The notes: generated by a model not told the origin, from the letters alone. DNA of 32,000 nucleotides from Pseudidiomarina andamanensis (GCF_009734345.1 NZ_CP032551.1:1980001-2012000), one strand, 5' to 3'. Positions 7,365-18,736 are shown, counted from the stretch's first letter. Made by a program: numbers and translations.

Positions 7365-8099
7365 TTAATTTAAAGCTTTGCGTGGCGGGTCATATTTCTT
7401 TGAGAGTTTGGCGATAAAGGATGATCCAATAACTCCAGGAGCGAACCAAAGGGCAGTTTGTACCCAGCCACTAGTGTGTAGTAACGAATTTCCACCAAAC
7501 ACAATGAAAGCGGTGTATGCACCAATTCCAGAGCCGAGATAAGCTCCCAAGTGTTCACGCAACCAAGCCGTTGGAGACACGCTTTTACGGTAGGTATAAA
7601 CCAAGTTAGACACACCAATCACCACTCCAAGTGCGCCGAATACAATGAGTAAAACGAGACTGTTAAAAATTCCAAAAGCGCTAAGTGCTAATCCATTGAT
7701 TGCAAGCGCTCCGTTGATGGCTAAAGGCAGAGGCTTTTTCAAGCCATTACGGTTGCGTTTGTGCTCCAGCACTTGATTACCGTGAAAAATGGCGCAGTGA
7801 ATCAACATGCCAAGATGAATAAGAAACCAAGCAAAAACATAAGTTTGTTGTAGGCGCACCTCGGTAAGGTGAGGAACCGCAGCAAGTTCAGGTTTAACGG
7901 CAGTATTGAATAACAACACCATTACGGAAGCAAAAATGCCAGTCAACGCAACCACGTGCATACTTGAGCCATAGATTTTGCCGAATTTTTTGTGATTTAA
8001 ACCGCCTTTACGAGAAAGTACAGGCACCCAAAATAGGCAGAGTGCGAGCGCTCCAGCCAGTACGTGAATTGCTACGGTAAGTTGATAGATGGTTAACAT
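7365..8099 (-). CDS. Multi-pass inner-membrane protein (DUF2306-like, tentative)
   Basis: About 6 hydrophobic helices. The segment IHVLAGALALCLFWVPVLSRKGGLNHKKFGKIY resembles the DUF2306 H...G...HR.xG.xY region. I prefer the ATG at 8099 (GGAGG 10 nt upstream). Alternatives are 8108 and 8201. Confidence 0.6.
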   Translation of the reverse strand: MLTIYQLTVAIHVLAGALALCLFWVPVLSRKGGLNHKKFGKIYGSSMHVVALTGIFASVMVLLFNTAVKPELAAVPHLTEVRLQQTYVFAWFLIHLGMLIHCAIFHGNQVLEHKRNRNGLKKPLPLAINGALAINGLALSAFGIFNSLVLLIVFGALGVVIGVSNLVYTYRKSVSPTAWLREHLGAYLGSGIGAYTAFIVFGGNSLLHTSGWVQTALWFAPGVIGSSFIAKLSKKYDPPRKALN

Positions 8100-8261
8100 A
8101 ATTGCCATTCCTCCGAGAACATAGGGGTAAAGAGCAGGCCTCTTAAACCTTGGAGGAAATTTTAGGTGGCTATGAAAATGTATGTTAGTGACAGAAGTCA
8201 CAACTTTAAAAATGACTTTTGGCCTATTGGTGATTTACGCAATTGCTTGCATACTCAGGCA

Positions 8262-9392
8262 ATGGAATTGAAAAACTTAAAACTAGATGCTGATCGACTA
8301 AGCGGTATTGGCACCGTGCTGGTAGTGGCCGCTTTCGACTTGTGGCTGTTACTCTCAACCACCAACGCAAGCACACCAAGGCTTACTTTGTTGGCGTTAC
8401 TTTATGCAACTTTTACGACTACATTTTTCATCAATACAAACGATGAAGTTCCGCTCTCAAGATGGCCCCGGCACCTAATAATTGGTGGTCAATTTGTAGT
8501 CATTTGTTCAATAATGTACACCACACCCAATATGTTTAGTGCCATTTTATTAGTGGTGTGGTCGGCGCAGCTCCCTTATTTTATGCCTTTTCGCTGGGCC
8601 CTTTGGCTCACGCCACTGTGGAGCTTTGTTGCGTGGAGTACGCACTTTCTGCGTTGGCAGCCCGACGGCATTGTAATTACTGGGGTGCTGTTCACTACGT
8701 TTAATGTGTTCGCGCTCATTATGATGGAGTCGAGGCGTAATGCAGAATTTCAAAAAGAGCGCGCAGAGCAAGCGAATCGAGAGCTTATTGCTATGCAGTC
8801 ACTTGTGAAAGAGGCGTCGCAGCAGGAAGAACGGCTGCGTATTGCCCGCGATATTCATGATCTTGTAGGCCATCATCTTACCGCGCTTACGGTGCAACTC
8901 CAGGTGCTGGCGCGTAAGGTACCTGAAGCTCTGAAAGTTGACGTAGAGCGTTCTCGTGCTATTTCGAAATTACTGCTCGCAGACGTGCGTGTTGCCGTAA
9001 GCGAAATGCGCGAACATGAACAACTGAATTTGCGCGAAGCACTTGAGGCTTTGGTCGAAAAATTACCGGGCATTGAGGTTTCATTGGCTTTCCCGAACAA
9101 AGTTGCGGTACTCAATTTAGAACAAGCGCTAGCAATATTGCGCGGTGTGCAGGAAAGCGTGACCAATAGCGTGCGACATGGCAAAGCCACCAAGGTAGGA
9201 ATTGAGGTGCAGCAATCTGAACGCGAACTTGTAGTGCGTGTTAAAGACAACGGGCAAAGCAGCAAACCGATCGAGTTTGGCAATGGCTTGAACGGCATGC
9301 GGGAGCGGCTAAAAAGCTTTAATGGCACTGTAACTGCTGAGCGCCAAGCGCGCGGCGTTTTGGTGTGTCTTAGAATACCGGTGGGTTTATGA
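8262..9392 (+). CDS. Membrane-embedded sensor histidine kinase (HisKA_3 / NarL-partner class)
   Basis: H-box ARDIHDLVGHHLT. N and G boxes TNSVRHGKA and DNGQS...GNGLNGMRERL. N-terminal polytopic domain without a large periplasmic loop. The start is uncertain between 8166 and 8262. Confidence 0.85.
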   Translation: MELKNLKLDADRLSGIGTVLVVAAFDLWLLLSTTNASTPRLTLLALLYATFTTTFFINTNDEVPLSRWPRHLIIGGQFVVICSIMYTTPNMFSAILLVVWSAQLPYFMPFRWALWLTPLWSFVAWSTHFLRWQPDGIVITGVLFTTFNVFALIMMESRRNAEFQKERAEQANRELIAMQSLVKEASQQEERLRIARDIHDLVGHHLTALTVQLQVLARKVPEALKVDVERSRAISKLLLADVRVAVSEMREHEQLNLREALEALVEKLPGIEVSLAFPNKVAVLNLEQALAILRGVQESVTNSVRHGKATKVGIEVQQSERELVVRVKDNGQSSKPIEFGNGLNGMRERLKSFNGTVTAERQARGVLVCLRIPVGL

Positions 9393-10069
9393 GCACTTTG
9401 CACTCACCCGAAAAGCACCGAGTTATGTTAGTCGATGACCAAAAATTAATTCGACAAGGCTTAGCGAGCTTATTGTCGCTTTCAGCCCATATTGAAGTAG
9501 CACATGAAGCAGCAGATGGCGAAGAGGCACTTGCGTGGATCAAAGCCCATGGCATCGACATTGACATAATCCTGCTCGACTTAAGAATGCCAAAAATGAA
9601 TGGTATTCAGCTTCTACAAGCCATGCGTGCAGAAAATATAAAAATTCCGGTTTTGATTCTGACCACCTTTGACGACCATAATATGCTTCTTGAAGCGTTG
9701 AAAGCAGGGGCGCGAGGGTACCTACTTAAAGACGTAGAACTCGAAATGCTAGTGAGTGGTATTGAGCGAATAGTCGCTGGCGAGTCAATGATTCAACCTA
9801 CCATTACCACCTCGCTTTTAAACGGATTACAAGGCTTACATTCCGAATTTGAGGCCTTTGCCGCGCCCGAGGCGCTTTCCGCTAAAGAGCTAGAAATATT
9901 ACGCCTTATTGCCGCCGGTTGTTCCAATAAAGAAATTGCCGACGCTCTTTTTAAGTCGGAAGGCACCGTTAAAAATCAAGTAAGCGCCATTATGGCGAAG
10001 CTTGGTGTGAGAGACCGGACGCGAGCAGTTTTAAGGGCTATTGAGTTGGGACTTATCGGGTTTTGTTAA
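9389..10069 (+). CDS. NarL/FixJ-family response regulator (REC + LuxR-type HTH)
   Basis: REC domain (VMLVDDQ...DIILLDLRMPKMNG) and a LuxR HTH (LSAKELEILRLIAAGCSNKEIADALFKSEGTVKNQVSAIMAKLGV). ATGA overlap with the kinase gene. Confidence 0.9.
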   Translation: MSTLHSPEKHRVMLVDDQKLIRQGLASLLSLSAHIEVAHEAADGEEALAWIKAHGIDIDIILLDLRMPKMNGIQLLQAMRAENIKIPVLILTTFDDHNMLLEALKAGARGYLLKDVELEMLVSGIERIVAGESMIQPTITTSLLNGLQGLHSEFEAFAAPEALSAKELEILRLIAAGCSNKEIADALFKSEGTVKNQVSAIMAKLGVRDRTRAVLRAIELGLIGFC

Positions 10070-10199
10070 CGCTAAGGGAACCTATAGCTGCTCTCTGTCG
10101 CTAACTAGCTCCTTAAAATAACAAGTTCTAATCTTAAGTACCTCAGTGGTGGCGGCTAATTAACGGTATTATCGGACAGACGGCTCTGAAATTCTTTGA

Positions 10200-10308
<109 letters not shown>

Positions 10309-10451
10309 AATTTTTTAATTGGTGTCGAAATTGGCACTTTTGAGGCCGTTTAATGACAAATTTGGTCACAGAAAACCGACTCCAAAATTTCAAATTTTGA
10401 CCTTTGCCTCGCGACAAGAAATTCTAAATCTCCGAAAAATCCTGAGTTTTT

Positions 10452-10474
10452 AGGTGGAAAAAATTCCACCTTTT
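10452..10474 (+). terminator. Hairpin followed by a T-run (intrinsic-terminator-like) with no upstream plus-strand gene
   Basis: AGGTGGAA-AAAA-TTCCACCT is a perfect 8-bp stem and is followed by TTT. The T-run is on the plus strand only, so it does not serve minus-strand abiEii. Confidence 0.3.
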
Positions 10475-10553
10475 AACCGGACTTTAGGTGTGTAGATTAG
10501 CCTATAATTTAATAATGCCAACAAACGAGATCGCTTTATTCCAAATATCGAAA

Positions 10554-11612
10554 TTAACGCCGTCCGTTCAAAAAGCTATTAATTAGATCTTGCTGCTCGG
10601 CTAAACGCTCAATGATGCCGGCAAAGCTATCGGGGGCACTAAAGAACATTCCACCGCTTACGGACTGGTCGTAATCTTTTTTGATATCTTCGAGCAGCCG
10701 CCCCGTTGGAATTAGCACCAACTTACCGGAAAGAATGGCTTCAAAGGAAACGCCTCGAGTAGCCCACCTTGCCGACTTCATCGCTACCACGTCTTGCAGT
10801 GCTTCCATGTTTTGGTATGAGCCTTCATAGAGATTTTTCAGAATGCAGTCTACATCATACCAATGTCTGGACAACCGCACCGTATCAAGCGGGTTTTCTT
10901 GCGTGCAGAATTGATGAAGTGCGGTTAGCTTTTCCCAAATAATGTAATCCGGGTGGTAAGCCTCCACTGCAGCTATCGGTAACGTATGGGACTCTGCAAT
11001 CGCATCTATTTCTGACAGGTAAGTCGTTACGGGTTTAGAAACCGTCGGCCGGCCCCGGTTACGGCCGCCAAATTCGAGCAGTACATGCTCTAACTGATAA
11101 GAATCATCCTGGAATGCCACATGTGGAAAGTGAATGTCGATTTTCTCACCACCAGAGTCTTCTTCAATTTCAGCGCTGAGTCCCTCAATGCCATAATCTG
11201 AAAGTCTGCTATTCAATCTTTGAACAAACTCGTTGGTCCAGCCTTCTAAACGCTCTCTCTGCTCACGTCTAAATTTACGTTGCTGACTCGGATTCCGTGT
11301 TGTCTGCGTCCAAGCAGCAGCTTCATCATCTGATTCTGCTAAGTCAGCCCAATGAATCGATAAATCAATATCCTCAGAGAATCGCTCAATGGTGCTATAG
11401 CACTTGCTCAGGGCTGTTCCACCTTTGAAGGCCACATCATGGCTATCTAATAAATCCTCTTCGTATAGCAACCGCAAAATTTCGGTTACCCAAATATCTT
11501 TCTCTAAAAAATTAGCGGCCAAACCTCTTGCGGAGTTCTGCGCAGCATATTCGAGGATTAATTTTAGTTCCGCTCGTTTCGCTTCAGTTCTATAGTAATC
11601 AAATATGTCCAT
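10554..11612 (-). CDS. abiEii: AbiEii/AbiGii-family nucleotidyltransferase toxin (type IV TA / abortive infection)
   Basis: DVAFKGGTALSKCY...ERFSEDIDLSI is the nucleotidyltransferase signature of this family. The ATG at 11612 overlaps the abiEi TGA by 1 nt (TGATG). Confidence 0.85.
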   Translation of the reverse strand: MDIFDYYRTEAKRAELKLILEYAAQNSARGLAANFLEKDIWVTEILRLLYEEDLLDSHDVAFKGGTALSKCYSTIERFSEDIDLSIHWADLAESDDEAAAWTQTTRNPSQQRKFRREQRERLEGWTNEFVQRLNSRLSDYGIEGLSAEIEEDSGGEKIDIHFPHVAFQDDSYQLEHVLLEFGGRNRGRPTVSKPVTTYLSEIDAIAESHTLPIAAVEAYHPDYIIWEKLTALHQFCTQENPLDTVRLSRHWYDVDCILKNLYEGSYQNMEALQDVVAMKSARWATRGVSFEAILSGKLVLIPTGRLLEDIKKDYDQSVSGGMFFSAPDSFAGIIERLAEQQDLINSFLNGRR

Positions 11613-12232
11613 CACACTGACGCGCTCTCAACTTGCGCTAGCTTTTGGCGCCATTGCGAATTCAGCGTAGAATGCTTGAGGTTGCTGAGAACACGCTCCT
11701 TCTCACTTCCTGTCAACGATAATCGCTTAAATACCTTGCGTAACTGCTCGGGCTTGAAGTGTTCTGGCTCCATCACCGAAAGGCCTCGAAGAATCATACC
11801 TTCAGGTTGGTTCAGCCACTTAAGCTTACTCGATGCGACGTGCTTCACTTCAACAGTTGAATTCCCCACTTTAAATTCACGCGATGGGCCGTTCGTCCAA
11901 TAAATGGTTCGGGCAGGAGCCTGAGTTTGCAGTCCAATGCGATATGCCGCTTCAAAGCCATTCGAAACAAGTTTGTACCCGTAATTTCTCGCCCAAGCTT
12001 TTGCGACCTCTTCTGGGCTGGGCATTACCTTCGCCCCCGGTAAGTTTTCTATTGACTTAGGACGAACGTAAAAGCCTTTTGACACACGCACAATCTCGCC
12101 TGACTTCGCCAATCGGCTAAAAGCCTTCTGGACAGCACTTTCCGTGCCTAGCTCATAAAATCCCTCTATGGAAAAAGGAACACCTTTTCTCATGCGAGCA
12201 ATCCGAGACTCAATTTGTGCGGTGATAGACAT
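11612..12232 (-). CDS. abiEi: AbiEi-type (DUF6088-like) antitoxin / transcriptional regulator
   Basis: 206 aa, translationally coupled upstream of abiEii. The N-terminal region (RMRKGVPFSIEGFYELGTESAVQKAFSRLAKSGEIVRVSKGFYVRPK) looks like the wHTH of this family. Confidence 0.7.
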   Translation of the reverse strand: MSITAQIESRIARMRKGVPFSIEGFYELGTESAVQKAFSRLAKSGEIVRVSKGFYVRPKSIENLPGAKVMPSPEEVAKAWARNYGYKLVSNGFEAAYRIGLQTQAPARTIYWTNGPSREFKVGNSTVEVKHVASSKLKWLNQPEGMILRGLSVMEPEHFKPEQLRKVFKRLSLTGSEKERVLSNLKHSTLNSQWRQKLAQVESASV

Positions 12233-12405
12233 TGAGATAATCCTGACTATGAAATGCTGTGTTGATTAAATATACACCTTTAATTGCCCAATGTACATGG
12301 TCATTGATGTCAGGATTGTTTGATCCACCTAACCAATTATTTGGGTAAGGGTAAGACGGTGGCTGTAAATACTTCTAAAGACTCGAGATGCGTACTTTTA
12401 CCTAT

Positions 12406-12566
12406 GTCGAGTCTATCGACGCAACAGGATTGTTTGTCGATTATTTCGTGTTTTATCGACATGAAAGGCCGTTGGATGAAGTAAAAATATTTGGGTCATA
12501 TTCTGCATTTTTTCGCTATTATTCAACTTTCCCCCTAAAATTGCTTCGATTCTTAGGGGGATTACA
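12406..12566 (+). repeat. ~165-bp repeat module, copy C
   Basis: Co-linear with 5863-6027 and has the same ATCGAC / TGTCGAT / ATCGACA arrangement. It ends in TGCTTCGATTCTTAGGGGGATTACA. Track ORF 12388-12591 lies inside it. Confidence 0.85.
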
Positions 12567-12867
12567 GCGATCCCGAACTGGGAAAAGTTGAAACTCGGTT
12601 TATTTAGATAAAATATCAACTAAAGTTATGGTAAGGCCTGATTTTTCCCGACTCTTTTAAGGTCACAAGACACTCTACGAGTGGGCTGTATTATTTGATG
12701 GGATAGTTACACTGGAACGTTAATACTTGATGTCTTGAGAGGGAAAATGTAATCCTCAACTTAATTAGAAACTATCAAAGATAATCCACCTTACTGTGAA
12801 TGAGTGTCCTGAAACGAATGGACTCTTCACACAAATTCACGATTTAAATTAGAAAGTGTGGGACGAC

Positions 12868-14657
12868 ATGGCAAAATATGAAGTAAAGCAAACAGCGATC
12901 AGTCAAATTCTTGCTGACGTTCGTAGCGATAAAATAGCAATTCCGGAACTACAACGACCATTTGTTTGGAAAACATCTCAGGTCAGGGACTTAATTGACT
13001 CACTTTACAACGGTTATCCGGTTGGTTATCTGATAACGTGGCAATCTGTTGGCGCCAAATTAAAGGGGGGAGCTGTCGCAGCACATCAACAAATACTAAT
13101 CGATGGCCAACAACGAGTAACAGCGTTGAGGGCCGCAATTGCGGGACAAACGGTGATTGGTAACCGTTATGAAAAAAAGCGGATCGCTATTTCGTTTAAT
13201 CCTGTAACGGAAGAGTTTGCGACGAGAACGCCAGCGATTACCAATAGCTCCCAATGGATTCACGATATTAGTGAGTTTTTTCCGGTTCCAGTCAGCTGAG
13301 CTTTCTGAGAAATTATTTCGCTAAAAATCCAGATGTTGATCAAGACCAAGTTGAACAAGCCTCGGCGAGACTCGCCGCTGTTGAGCATGCGCAAGTAGGT
13401 GTCATTTCATTGGCAGACGATTTGGATGTAGAAACGGTTGCAGAGATCTTCGTTCGGATCAATGCCAAAGGTGTTCCGCTATCAAGTGCTGATTTTGTAA
13501 TGAGTAAAATTGCCACGTACGGCAATGAAGGGCGCAATCTTCGGAAGCTAATTGATTATTTCTGTCACCTGACGGTCTCTGGGCACGCATTTGATGATAT
13601 TAAAGAGAACGATGAAGAGTTCGCAAAATCGGAGCATATTAGGAAAATTCAGTGGTTAAGTAATCAAACGGACGAGTTATTTCAACCTGACTATACCGAT
13701 GTCATTCGTATTGCCGGTCTAGTTGGATTTAGTCGTGGTAAAGCCGGAGCAATTGTTAGTGAGCTATCCGGGCTTGACCCACAAACGAGAAAAATTGATG
13801 AAAATCTTATTCCAGCCGCGTATTCTCGTTTTGCGGAAGCATTAGATCTACTTGTGAGTAAGACGCATCTCGAGCGATTTGTAATGATGATCAAGTCTGC
13901 TGGGTATATCGATGCCAGCATGATTGGGTCAAAGAATGCATTGAATTTCGCATATGCACTTTACCTGCGCCTTCGGTTGGACGATCAGCTGAATGAGGGA
14001 GAGAGAGCAAGAATTGTAAAACGCTGGTTCGTTATGACATTACTGACCGGAAGAGCCGTGGGAAGCTTTGAATCCACGTGGGAAACTGACTTACGTCGTA
14101 TTAAGGACCACGGTGCGGAACAATACTTACGCACTCTTGAAGCCTCAGTTCTAAGTGATAGTTTTTGGGATGTAACTTTAGTTCAGGAGCTCGAGTCACC
14201 AAGCAAGCGTAGTCCTGCATTCCAAACATATTTAGCAGCAAGAGTTGCAAAAGGAGGGCGGGGATTCCTTTCAAAGTCGATTAATATCGCACAGATGATC
14301 GAGGGGCATGGCGATATGCACCACATAATTCCCAAGAATCACCTTATTCGTCATGGATTCCCGAAACAGGGAGATTACAACCAGATTGCAAACTTTGCGT
14401 TGACAGAAACAGCAATCAACATCGCGATTAAAGACCTACCACCGAAAGAATACATGTTAATGGTTCTTGAACAGATTGAATCCGGAAATTTAAGACTTGG
14501 CGAAATTTGTGATCGAGAAGATTTACAGAGAAATTTAGCCGAAAATGCTATTCCTGAGCTCATATTCAATACTACCGCAGAAAATTACAAAGAGTTCCTA
14601 GCGGGACGCCGTTTTTTAATGGCAACAATGATCAAAGAGTATTATGACAGCCTTTGA
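12868..14657 (+). pseudogene. DUF262-DUF1524 (GmrSD-like type IV restriction) nuclease gene, split by a frameshift in a T6 run at 13276-13281
   Basis: ORF1 carries IPELQRPFVW and DGQQR (13102-13116). ORF2 carries the rest of DUF262 (EIFVRINAKGVPLSSADF) and an HNH-like DUF1524 motif (GDMHHIIPKNHL...NQIANFALTETAINIAI). The ORF2 frame is open from 13275. One extra T in the run would fuse both into about 600 aa. Confidence 0.75.
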
Positions 14658-14758
14658 TCTTAAAGATGAGAAAACTTATACATAATTGTCTTCAATCTAT
14701 TTAAAACTCAATGGCGGCAAGGTGTCTAGCAAATCAGTGTCGATTCAGCTAGGTTATC

Positions 14759-16517
<1,759 letters not shown>

Positions 16518-16530
16518 CGTGTATTGCCTC

Positions 16531-16881
16531 CTAGTAAAAGAAAGGAACAACATAGGGGTAAGCCAATGCTGTTAAAGTAAGCACCGCAACGAGCCAAAAC
16601 ATCACTTTGTAGCTCTTACGAGCATTTGGCGTTGCGCAGGTGTTATCAGGGTTGCAGTCATCAGCACGCCGGTATATTCGACGCCAGGCAAAGAATATGG
16701 CAATCAATGCAATGGCAATAAAAATGGGTCGATAAGGCTCAAGTGCTGTGAGGCTCCCAATCCAGGCCCCGGATACACCGAGTGCAAGTAATATGAGGGG
16801 ACCCAGACAACACGCAGATGCCAGAGTCGCTGCGATCCCTCCCGCGAGAAGAGAGCCCCGACCAGATTTTGAATTTGACAT
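16531..16881 (-). CDS. merT: Mercury transporter MerT
   Basis: 116 aa from the ATG at 16881 (AAGGAG 8 nt upstream). It has the first-helix CC pair (ASACCLGP) and a second Cys pair (CNPDNTC). Confidence 0.9.
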   Translation of the reverse strand: MSNSKSGRGSLLAGGIAATLASACCLGPLILLALGVSGAWIGSLTALEPYRPIFIAIALIAIFFAWRRIYRRADDCNPDNTCATPNARKSYKVMFWLVAVLTLTALAYPYVVPFFY

Positions 16882-16919
16882 AAGAGTAACTCCTTCGGGC
16901 ATTTTGCTTTAATGTGTTA

Positions 16920-16950
16920 ATCTTAGACCCGTACCTCACTACGGAAGCAA
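16920..16950 (-). promoter_or_regulatory. MerR-type operator/promoter (PmerT) with a 19-bp spacer
   Basis: The minus strand reads TTGCTT-CCGTAGTGAGGTACGGGTC-TAAGAT. The spacer is 19 bp and contains the dyad CCGTA-N6-TACGG, as in classical mer operators. Confidence 0.75.
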
Positions 16951-16955
16951 TAGCT

Positions 16956-17399
16956 ATGTTAAAAAAACGCAACGTAATGACAATTGGCACGCTGGCCAAA
17001 ACAGCCGGCGTGGGCGTGGAAACGGTGCGCTATTATCAGCGCCGAGGGCTAATGAGCGAGCCGGAGAAGCCGTATGGGGGGATCCGACATTACGACGAAC
17101 AAGCGCTTGCTCGGCTTCATTTTATTCGCGCGTCTCAATGGCTCGGATTTAGTCTGGATGAAATTGGTGAGCTATTAACTCTGCAAGATGGCGCTCATTG
17201 CGATGAAGCACGGGAGCTTGGAGAGCAAAAGCTCACCAGTGTTCGTCGAAAGATATCGCGCTTACAGCAAATTGAACGAGCGTTGAATGAGCTGGTGCAA
17301 AAATGCAGCTCCGGACACGGAGATGTCTATTGTCCATTGATGGCGTCGCTTAATGACGGGGTTGAGGACGCTACCACGGACAAACATAAGGTGCGTTAG
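16956..17399 (+). CDS. merR: Hg(II)-responsive transcriptional regulator MerR
   Basis: HTH MTIGTLAKTAGVGVETVRYYQRRGL. Three conserved Cys contexts: HCDEA, KCSS and YCPL. It is divergent from merTPA. The start is probably the ATG at 16956. Confidence 0.9.
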   Translation: MLKKRNVMTIGTLAKTAGVGVETVRYYQRRGLMSEPEKPYGGIRHYDEQALARLHFIRASQWLGFSLDEIGELLTLQDGAHCDEARELGEQKLTSVRRKISRLQQIERALNELVQKCSSGHGDVYCPLMASLNDGVEDATTDKHKVR

Positions 17400-17450
17400 T
17401 CTGTGTAGTAAAACTTTTGAGCGTAGTTCTTTAACTGAATTGCTTTATAG

Positions 17451-17786
17451 CTAACGCCAGCCATACACAAGAATCCCCATACCGGTTAGCACAAACGCCG
17501 CCCCAATCAAGTCGAAGCTGGATAAAGGCGATTTATCGACAATTCGCAGCCAGACTATGGCAGTTAACACGTAAATACCGCCGTAGGCTGCGTAAACGCG
17601 CCCGCTTTCCGCCGGATGAAGTGTTAATAAGTAAGCAAATAAGGCTAAGCTTATTGCTGCCGGAATGAGCAACCAAACGGAATGACCCTCTTTGAGCCAT
17701 AGGTAGGGTAAATAGCAACCGACAATTTCTGCAATTGCGGTTGCGATAAATAACCCGAGTGTCTTTATTAAAAATATTGAGCTCAT
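17451..17786 (-). CDS. ynfA: YnfA-family (UPF0060) small 4-TM membrane protein
   Basis: 111 aa. [18 protein letters not shown]...[12 protein letters not shown] matches the YnfA family pattern as I remember it. Confidence 0.8.
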   Translation of the reverse strand: MSSIFLIKTLGLFIATAIAEIVGCYLPYLWLKEGHSVWLLIPAAISLALFAYLLTLHPAESGRVYAAYGGIYVLTAIVWLRIVDKSPLSSFDLIGAAFVLTGMGILVYGWR

Positions 17787-17801
17787 TACGAATCCTGGTG
17801 A

Positions 17802-18437
17802 TTACCCGCAACACCCAGAAATATCGTCTTTTTCACCTGTCTTTACAGCTATCGCGTCTTTGATGATGCGAATAGCAGAGTGCAGTACAATGATGGCTAT
17901 GACAGTTGCGATGAGTAAGTCAGGCCATGCCGCATGGAGCTGGGCGACGAGCATCGCAGAGACAATAACACCGACATTCATGATCATGTCATTGCGTGAA
18001 CAAATCCAGCTGGCGCGAATGTTAATATCGCCGTTTCGGGAGCGATATAGAAGGGCAAAGCAAACGATGTTTACCAGTAATGCAAGCCCCGCTATTGAGA
18101 GCATGACAAAGGTTTCGGGCTGACTACCAAATGCCAGTTTAAGGATGACATCCAATAACACCGCCAGAGCTAATAATGTTTGCAGTATGCCGTTTAAAAT
18201 AGCGGCATTGACTTTATATTTAATGGCTTTGCCAACAGCGTATAAGCTCACAGCATAAACCAAAGTATCGGCAAGCATATCCAGCGAATCAGCAATAAGA
18301 CCACTGGATTCAGCCATCCAACCCGCAATGAACTCAACAAAGAACATGACGCCATTAAGGACTAGAACCGTCCATAACAACCTGCGTTGAGAGTTATCCA
18401 TTTCGGCTTGCGCTGAACTTCCGCAACATGATGACAT
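17802..18437 (-). CDS. Short cation-diffusion-facilitator (CDF) transporter, membrane domain only, with Cys pairs at both termini
   Basis: CDF TM motifs (ADSLDMLADTLVY, ICSRNDMIMNVGV). At 211 aa it has no cytoplasmic C-terminal domain. The N-terminus is MSSCCGSS and the C-terminus is DISGCCG. Confidence 0.8.
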   Translation of the reverse strand: MSSCCGSSAQAEMDNSQRRLLWTVLVLNGVMFFVEFIAGWMAESSGLIADSLDMLADTLVYAVSLYAVGKAIKYKVNAAILNGILQTLLALAVLLDVILKLAFGSQPETFVMLSIAGLALLVNIVCFALLYRSRNGDINIRASWICSRNDMIMNVGVIVSAMLVAQLHAAWPDLLIATVIAIIVLHSAIRIIKDAIAVKTGEKDDISGCCG

Positions 18438-18736
18438 TGGAACAACCTAAAACGATTTCGATATACCTACAGTTTATCACACGTTAACACGAGTTTCAGC
18501 GCTGGTTTTATGGTGGATTATTAGATAAAGTGGCCGTTACGAAAATATATTGGTTGCTCATATTGGTCTTATTAACACACAGCTTTTTTACCTCTGCATC
18601 TGCTTCTTTCCATATTTAAGACTCGGGTCACCAAAGTGTCGATGTTGTGTTTGGAGAATATGATATCGAGCATCAATTTCATGCGCACATCTGGTGTATT
18701 ACTGGCTCGTCTTGAACAAAAATAATGCACTCATTA

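Larger units (their letters stand above)
4601..10199. mobile_element. Segment of the tRNA-Arg-linked island array (fic, repeat module, TPR/membrane/two-component genes)
   Basis: Lies between the tRNA-derived repeats at 4601 and 10200. Confidence 0.45.

Noticed and set aside
8550-9567. Minus-strand ORFs 8550-8771, 8873-9403 and 9370-9567
   Set aside because: They are antisense shadows of the histidine-kinase and response-regulator genes. They are Ser/Thr/Arg-rich and have no signals.
12388-12591. Track ORF of 67 aa, and the equivalent 67-codon open frame at 5863-6066, as a real small-protein gene
   Set aside because: The two copies need a 1-nt indel after codon ~20, so the frame is not conserved. 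Substitutions are mostly non-synonymous. Copy B has no canonical start codon at its 5' end. I therefore treat it as a nucleotide-level repeat, reported as a finding.
17533-17814. 93-aa minus-strand ORF overlapping ynfA in another frame
   Set aside because: It is Arg/Asn/Cys-rich shadow sequence. The YnfA frame gives a coherent 4-TM protein.
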